Shown: in pieces, positions 58,741-64,000 of the stretch
How positions within the stretch are numbered: position 1 is the stretch's first letter
Layout: every line of letters starts with the position of its first letter
Source: a virus
Taxonomy: Duplodnaviria > Caudoviricetes
Direction: 5' to 3' (one strand)
Virus record (IMG/VR): IMGVR_UViG_3300027759_000085
Location: 1,452 to 65,451 of that record
DNA: 64,000 nucleotides
Position numbers and translations under genes: made by a program
The notes under the pieces: model-generated
Database searches by the model: none
Told to the model about the DNA's origin: nothing
Seen by the model: only the letters and a program-made list of their open reading frames with translations

Positions 58741-58952
58741 TTTTTGTCACATATTTAATTAGTATTTGGGACTAAAATTCAAATTAATGTGCATTATATT
58801 ACACTTTATATTAAACAATATTAAATAATGGCAGGTGATTTTTTTTATTACAAACTATTGTGCAATATTTTGCACTTTATGATGTATATTATCATCAAAA
58901 TAAGAAGAAATGAAGAAAATATTCACCATTGCTAAACTAAGAAATAATTACT

Positions 58953-59327
58953 ATGGCAAAAATAACTAATGTACAAATAGATTTACTTAAAGCATTCGTT
59001 AAAAGATTTGATCTTGATTTTGTTGATGGTGGTAAGTCTATTAGTTTTGAGAATGCTATCAGAATATTTGATGGTGAGAGTCCAGTACATAAGACTAGGG
59101 ATGAACGAAGAAATGAATTCATTAGCTCACTGTCTCCATACCTACTAACCTATGGATCTAAGATGCTTAATGATTTTTACAGGTACTGGGCAAGAGATGA
59201 TGGAGCTAAGATGAGGTTTGAGAACCAGAAGAGTTGGAACGTAGAGCTCAGGCTTGCCAAGTGGAAGTCTAATCAGGATGAGTATGAACGCAATAATTAT
59301 ATACAACAATTAACTAAAAGGATATGA
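58953..59327 (+). CDS. replication-initiator C-terminal-like protein
   Basis: DFYRYW..KMRFE.QKSW..RLAKW, upstream of helicase. Confidence 0.55.
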   Translation: MAKITNVQIDLLKAFVKRFDLDFVDGGKSISFENAIRIFDGESPVHKTRDERRNEFISSLSPYLLTYGSKMLNDFYRYWARDDGAKMRFENQKSWNVELRLAKWKSNQDEYERNNYIQQLTKRI

Positions 59328-59557
59328 CAATTACACCACAAGAAAAAGCAAAGAGCTTGATTAGTATAAACTCACTCACTATTCTTAGTGTAGTGGGCAA
59401 TAAGTTAACTATGAGTGAAGTGAAAGAGATAGCTAAAGAATTTACATTGTTGGAAGTTGATGAGATACTAAGTACCCTATATGATTATCATTATGATTCT
59501 GGAAGTGGAGCTTATGAATACTATACAGAAGTTAAACAGGAATTAGAGAGCCTATAA
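59324..59557 (+). CDS. conserved phage hypothetical protein
   Basis: TPQEKAKSL..VDEIL..YYTEVKQELE. Confidence 0.7.
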   Translation: MTITPQEKAKSLISINSLTILSVVGNKLTMSEVKEIAKEFTLLEVDEILSTLYDYHYDSGSGAYEYYTEVKQELESL

Positions 59558-60612
59558 TGATTAAAAAATACAGTAGAGCCAATGAGTTTACGCAAGACAT
59601 CATTGACTCTCAGCATACTACATTTGATAAGGGGTGGAGTTGTGGTTGGAATATAGGTGATGAAAATATAAGTTTTAAAAGAGGTTACACTTCTTATATT
59701 TATAGTCACCCAGGTCAGGGCAAGACTGTATTTGTTACTGAGTCTCTACTTTGTTTAGCTAAGAACGATAATCTTAATGTGTGTATCTATTCACCTGAGA
59801 CTGGAGGTAGGAGTGAGATAGTTTGGAATCTTATACAGGTTTATACTGGGAAGAGATTGTACGGTAAGAATGCTCACAAGATAAGTAAGGATGAGATCGA
59901 GAAGGCTATTGAGTTTATTGATAAGCACTTCATTATACTGGAGCATAACCCATTCTCTGGTAAGGGCAACGAGAGGTTTACAGTAAAGGATATATTTAAT
60001 CAGGTACACATGGCTGAGAAGGAATACGATATGAAGGTAGATGTACTATGTATTGATCCATTCAATCTATTGGACAGGGAGCTAGAGGATGATCGTAAGG
60101 CTATACAGGACTATGTTCTTAGCACCCTTGGTTTTATTAACTCAGCATCTAAGAAAATGAATCTACATACCATATTAGTTGCTCACCTTGCAGGAGATGA
60201 ATTAATAGTAGACAAGGATACAGGTATAGAGTATAGTCCTAAGCCACACCCTAGTAAGCTAGCAGGTGGCCAGAGTTTCTGGAGAGCAGGGTTCCAAATG
60301 ATAGGTATCTGGAGACTTCCCTACGGTTGTTTAGATAAGCAGGGGTTCGCTTATAAAGAGAACTCTATGTGGATTATGACCCAGAAGGTAAAGCCTATAG
60401 GTACAGGAAGGCTCGGTCACTTTGAATTGTATTACGATACCAATACTCATACACTATATGAGACATTCGGAGACAAGAGATTTAGGTGTGGAGAGATGAA
60501 CAATAACTTTAGCTTATATGTAGACGCTGGGTTCTCAAAGATGGAGTCTTCCATAAAACCTAATACACTATTTGACAGTAAGTCTGAACCAGATTTAACT
60601 AACCCATTCTAA
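59557..60612 (+). CDS. SF4 (DnaB/T7 gp4-like) replicative helicase
   Basis: HPGQGKT, SPE, IDPFN, LVAH, QKVK..G. Confidence 0.85.
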   Translation: MIKKYSRANEFTQDIIDSQHTTFDKGWSCGWNIGDENISFKRGYTSYIYSHPGQGKTVFVTESLLCLAKNDNLNVCIYSPETGGRSEIVWNLIQVYTGKRLYGKNAHKISKDEIEKAIEFIDKHFIILEHNPFSGKGNERFTVKDIFNQVHMAEKEYDMKVDVLCIDPFNLLDRELEDDRKAIQDYVLSTLGFINSASKKMNLHTILVAHLAGDELIVDKDTGIEYSPKPHPSKLAGGQSFWRAGFQMIGIWRLPYGCLDKQGFAYKENSMWIMTQKVKPIGTGRLGHFELYYDTNTHTLYETFGDKRFRCGEMNNNFSLYVDAGFSKMESSIKPNTLFDSKSEPDLTNPF

Positions 60613-60614
60613 TT

Positions 60615-60959
60615 ATGTCAGCATATAAAGAGTACGCCAAGAGGATAGAAGATAAGCTCCAAGCTTATGATTATTTTCAAAATAAAACATTGGATATGTT
60701 AAAGATCTCCATTGACCTAGGCATTTCTTATGGTGACCTATATATTGTATCTAGAAATACTGAGGATGAGGATCTTAAGAAAACATTAACTCATTCATTA
60801 AAGACCTTAAATAAAGCCAGAGATGGTTATGATCAGATGTACGCACAGTATGTTCACGCAGTTACTGGTTTCTGGGAACTAAGGGAGCAGGTATTGATCA
60901 TGAGTAAGATTATAGTAGAACACGAAGAGTTACAGGAATCACTTAAAAGAGAAATATAA
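60615..60959 (+). CDS. hypothetical helical protein
   Basis: Packed ORF. Confidence 0.65.
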   Translation: MSAYKEYAKRIEDKLQAYDYFQNKTLDMLKISIDLGISYGDLYIVSRNTEDEDLKKTLTHSLKTLNKARDGYDQMYAQYVHAVTGFWELREQVLIMSKIIVEHEELQESLKREI

Positions 60960-60967
60960 ATAACAAC

Positions 60968-62014
60968 ATGGGAAACATACACAAAATAAATTGGACTGGA
61001 TCTTCTCACGAAGAATGGTTAGCTCAGCGTAAAGCTACAGAGGGCATTGGTAACTTAGATGTTACACGTATTGGTGCATCAGATGTATCGGTAATTACTG
61101 GGTCTAATAAGTGGAAGTGCAAGAGGAGACTCTTCTATCACCTGATAGGGTTATATAGCTCTGAGTGGAGAACTAATAAGTCTGTCGCTGGTCATCTACT
61201 GGAGCCAGTGGTGGCCGCTAACTGGGAGGCTTGGAATGAGTCTGAGGATCAATTTCTGTTTAACCTTGAGAGGGGTGTTAAGGTAAGGAACACTAAGAGA
61301 GCAGATTACTTTTTATTGAACGATAAGTACGAGAATCTGTTTGTTAGTATAGATAGACTTCACGATGGTGATGTATACTCTCCGTGGACTGGTGAACTAT
61401 ATCCTGAGCTCACCCCGATAGAATTAAAGACTACAGAGGATAGCTACTATAGACTATGGACAGATGGTATAACTGCCTCATACATGGATCAGGTGCAGGC
61501 TCAGATGATGATATCTGAAACTAAGGTGGCCGTGTTCTGCGTACTAGTGAATGGAACTTATTTTCACGTAAGGGAGGTAGAGTATGATAGTTTTCTTGCT
61601 GAGCAGATAGACTCTAAAACAAAAGAGTTTGCTGTTGTTGTAAAGGCAGGTAAGCAGATACTTGATCTAATGAACTCAGCTAAGACTGAGAAGGAAAGAG
61701 AAGAGTACGAGGCTATGCTTGAGGAGATTACTCCAGATCCATTAGAATTAAGTGATGAGCAGGATCTAAACAAGGAGAGATTTGGATCCTCGCTAGGCTC
61801 TGTTATAGGCGATGAGAGAGACTTTAAATTCCTAGAGGACTACCAGTCAGCTCACGATGGAATAAAGGCTCTGGAGGAAGCTAAACAGCTCGCAAAGAAC
61901 AATCTGACTACTAAGATGAAGGATGCTGAGGAGTTGAAGTATGAGGGAGGTAAGGTTACATGGAGGAGGTCACCAGATAAGCGTGATTTCTTTAGTATAA
62001 AGCTATTCAAATAA
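60968..62014 (+). CDS. YqaJ-like viral recombinase exonuclease
   Basis: EEWLAQR, IGASD, GHLLE, SIDR, ELKT, QVQAQM. Confidence 0.9.
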   Translation: MGNIHKINWTGSSHEEWLAQRKATEGIGNLDVTRIGASDVSVITGSNKWKCKRRLFYHLIGLYSSEWRTNKSVAGHLLEPVVAANWEAWNESEDQFLFNLERGVKVRNTKRADYFLLNDKYENLFVSIDRLHDGDVYSPWTGELYPELTPIELKTTEDSYYRLWTDGITASYMDQVQAQMMISETKVAVFCVLVNGTYFHVREVEYDSFLAEQIDSKTKEFAVVVKAGKQILDLMNSAKTEKEREEYEAMLEEITPDPLELSDEQDLNKERFGSSLGSVIGDERDFKFLEDYQSAHDGIKALEEAKQLAKNNLTTKMKDAEELKYEGGKVTWRRSPDKRDFFSIKLFK

Positions 62015-62080
62015 TATTTTGTATTTATTTTCAAATAGATTTGTTTGGTAATGTTGAAAAACATATATTTGTTGAACAAT

Positions 62081-62178
62081 AGTCAGGTGGCGGAATCAGG
62101 TAGACGCTAAGTTAACAGACAGAAGGAGATGGAGAGGAATGGCTCGCCTTCATACAGGTTCAAATCCTGTCCTGACTA
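62081..62178 (+). tRNA. tRNA-like RNA (Leu-type D/T arms, no canonical anticodon arm)
   Basis: AGTCAGG/CCTGACT acceptor, GCGGAATCAGGTAGACGC D arm, ACAGG-TTCAAAT-CCTGT T arm; TATATTTG promoter at 62064. Confidence 0.65.
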
Positions 62179-62249
62179 CGCAAAAAACAAATTGGCCGAG
62201 TTTCTTTACCCTTAAATGGATGAGTTTTATAAGCCTTAGTTAAGAATAC

Positions 62250-62392
62250 TGTAGGGTGGTGAAATTGGCAGACACGCACCTCTTGTCTCGAGGGCGGGGA
62301 ATTATCTAATAAAGACAGAATACGGGTTGACCACAAATTGATTTTGTTCTGTTCCTAAAGACCCTGTGGAGGTTCGAATCCTTCCCCTACAG
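62250..62392 (+). tRNA. tRNA-like RNA, GTC in anticodon position, ~70-nt variable region
   Basis: TGTAGGG/CCCTACA acceptor, GTGAAATTGGCAGACAC D arm, CCTC-TTGTCTC-GAGG, GGAGG-TTCGAAT-CCTTC. Confidence 0.65.
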
Positions 62393-62415
62393 CTAATTAA
62401 ATAAATAAACGCAAA

Positions 62416-63057
62416 ATGATAAAAACAGGAGAACAATTAAAGGCTGAGCTATATGCTCCACTACCTTCAGAGGCAATTAAACCTCACCCAACTAAGACCT
62501 TCTTATCTACTATTAAGCCTATCTATGTAACAGATAGATTAAATGAGGTATTTGGTATTGGTGGATGGCAATTAAGAACAGAGAATATTCTGGTTAATGA
62601 CAATGGTACAGTAGTTAATAAGATTACACTTACTGTTCCGAAGTACGATATTTATTATGAATGTTTTGGTGGTAATGATAATGGTGGCCAGACATCAAAG
62701 GGATTTGATCTGGGTGATGCATTTAAGGGAGCTACTACTGATGGGTTAACTAAGATCTGTTCTTATCTTGGTATTGGTATTGATGTATTTAGAGGTAAGC
62801 AATTTAGTAAGGTGAGCACACCTGCTCCAATAGCTAACACATCTATACCTAAAGCACCAGATGAACGCTTAGATAAAGCAGAGTTAGCTTTAAATAAAGT
62901 AATTACAGATACTAAGGAGTTGGTACTTAAGCAAAAAGATTTTAAGGCTACACCAGAGGGAGCTAACTTTCAATCATCTGCCAGTATATCTGACTTGGTT
63001 AAGTCTAATGATATTGATTTAGTTATGGCATTTTATAAGTTTATTACAAAGAAATAA
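62416..63057 (+). CDS. Rad52/Sak-like ssDNA annealing protein
   Basis: VTDRLNEVFGIGGW, AFKGATTDGLTK..LGIG. Confidence 0.85.
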   Translation: MIKTGEQLKAELYAPLPSEAIKPHPTKTFLSTIKPIYVTDRLNEVFGIGGWQLRTENILVNDNGTVVNKITLTVPKYDIYYECFGGNDNGGQTSKGFDLGDAFKGATTDGLTKICSYLGIGIDVFRGKQFSKVSTPAPIANTSIPKAPDERLDKAELALNKVITDTKELVLKQKDFKATPEGANFQSSASISDLVKSNDIDLVMAFYKFITKK

Positions 63058-63731
63058 TGAGATACAAGAGAAATAATTTTTCTGAGGAAGAGATTGAGCA
63101 AATAGAGTCACTAGGTAAAATAGTTTGTTACATATTTGGTATAGAGGAAGGTGATTTAAGAGGTAGATGTAGACAACGTGATTTTACTGATGCACGTAAG
63201 GTTCTGGCAAGTTGTGCTTCCAGTAACATAGAAGTTAAGGCATCTTATAATATAAAGTCTGTAGGGTATAACCACTTGACACTGGCTTCGTGGTATTTGG
63301 GCGTGGATCACTCGACCGTATCTTATTCTATTAATAAGGCCGCAACTTTATACCAGGTTGATGATAATTTTAAGGTTATGTACGATTGTGTTATGGCTAT
63401 TGTAAATAATCCAAACGATGATACGCTGAGTAAACTAAATAAGTACGCATGGCATAAGCCAATTACATGGGAGGATGTAAGAGATAATAAGAAGTTTAGG
63501 CATAAGCACAGACTTGCTTTAGCTCCAAAGGAAGTTATTGATGGCATAGTTAATCTATATCAACGTGGATACGGTGGTGCATTGATCTCCAATAAATACT
63601 CTGTGTTATCTTCATTTATTAACTACGTAATTAGTGAGCTTAAAGTAACTAGGTTAAGTAAAGTACCTTCATTTTCACGTACCTCACAATTGATTGCAAG
63701 AAGAAGTGCAGTTGTTAAAGTTGACTATTAA
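63057..63731 (+). CDS. DnaA C-terminal-like HTH protein
   Basis: R.R..TDARK and DHSTVSY motifs. Confidence 0.65.
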   Translation: MRYKRNNFSEEEIEQIESLGKIVCYIFGIEEGDLRGRCRQRDFTDARKVLASCASSNIEVKASYNIKSVGYNHLTLASWYLGVDHSTVSYSINKAATLYQVDDNFKVMYDCVMAIVNNPNDDTLSKLNKYAWHKPITWEDVRDNKKFRHKHRLALAPKEVIDGIVNLYQRGYGGALISNKYSVLSSFINYVISELKVTRLSKVPSFSRTSQLIARRSAVVKVDY

Positions 63732-63761
63732 AAAACTTAGTATTTAATTTGTATCTTTGCA

Positions 63762-64000
63762 CTATTGAGCTGAGGAGCTTGATAGATTTAAATTAGAGAT
63801 TACTTAATCATATAAGATAACCTCATCGTATCCAATTAGTATTCACAATAAGATGGTGATTACTTTAGCTCCTCAGCTGGATTAGATGGGGTTATTTTTG
63901 TTAGCTCCCACCTGATATTCACCTGTTCTACATCTCCTGTACAGGTAATAGCATAGGCTCGGAAGAGCAATCAAAAGCTAGGGAGTATAAATAAAATGTT
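63762..64000 (+). ncRNA. putative structured ncRNA or leader, copy 2 (truncated by window end)
   Basis: TATCTTTG promoter at 63752; interleaved stems; core homologous to 13202-13275. Confidence 0.6.

Noticed and set aside
62179-62249. Possible theta/HDV-like ribozyme between the tRNA-like genes
   Set aside because: Only short pairings (GGC/GCC, TTCTT/AAGAA); I could not build the nested double pseudoknot
62081-62392. tmRNA
   Set aside because: No Ala-type G3-U70 acceptor or tag reading frame; there are two separate acceptor stems
714-63547. Short ORFs antisense to or nested within long genes (e.g. 714..992, 12417..12734, 22659..22958, 63323..63547)
   Set aside because: Shadow ORFs with no leader, promoter or recognisable motif
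1-64000. Prophage or integration module
   Set aside because: No integrase, att-like junction or host genes in the window

Overview
This window is a 64-kb piece of an AT-rich lytic podovirus of Bacteroidota. Its head-tail gene block has the crAss-like (Crassvirales-related) order; the host is inferred from TAnnTTTG promoters and A-rich leaders lacking a Shine-Dalgarno motif. Layout: (i) 1-5.5 kb, a leftward early operon of tiny ORFs containing a type I hammerhead ribozyme; (ii) 5.5-6.5 kb, a non-coding region with palindromic boxes, probably the genome end or control region; (iii) 6.5-16 kb, glycosyltransferases (one PLOD-like), lysis genes, small basic proteins and an SSB-like protein; (iv) 16-52 kb, terminase, portal, scaffold, capsid, ring and muzzle proteins, putative ejected proteins (a GNAT/ART/SAM-lyase-like polyvalent protein, a ferritin, an LPD38 protein) and collagen-like or chaperone-tipped fibres; (v) 52-64 kb, nucleases, helicase, YqaJ/Rad52-like recombination genes and two aberrant tRNA-like RNAs. 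The most notable signals are non-coding. A structured RNA family occurs twice (13.0-13.4 kb minus, 63.76-64 kb plus) with compensatory base changes. A Fur-box-like promoter precedes a ~70-nt sRNA antisense to the AAGAACATG start motif shared by seven early genes, and the same upstream box sits at the early-operon promoter. All functional calls come from motif recognition by eye; no searches were run.
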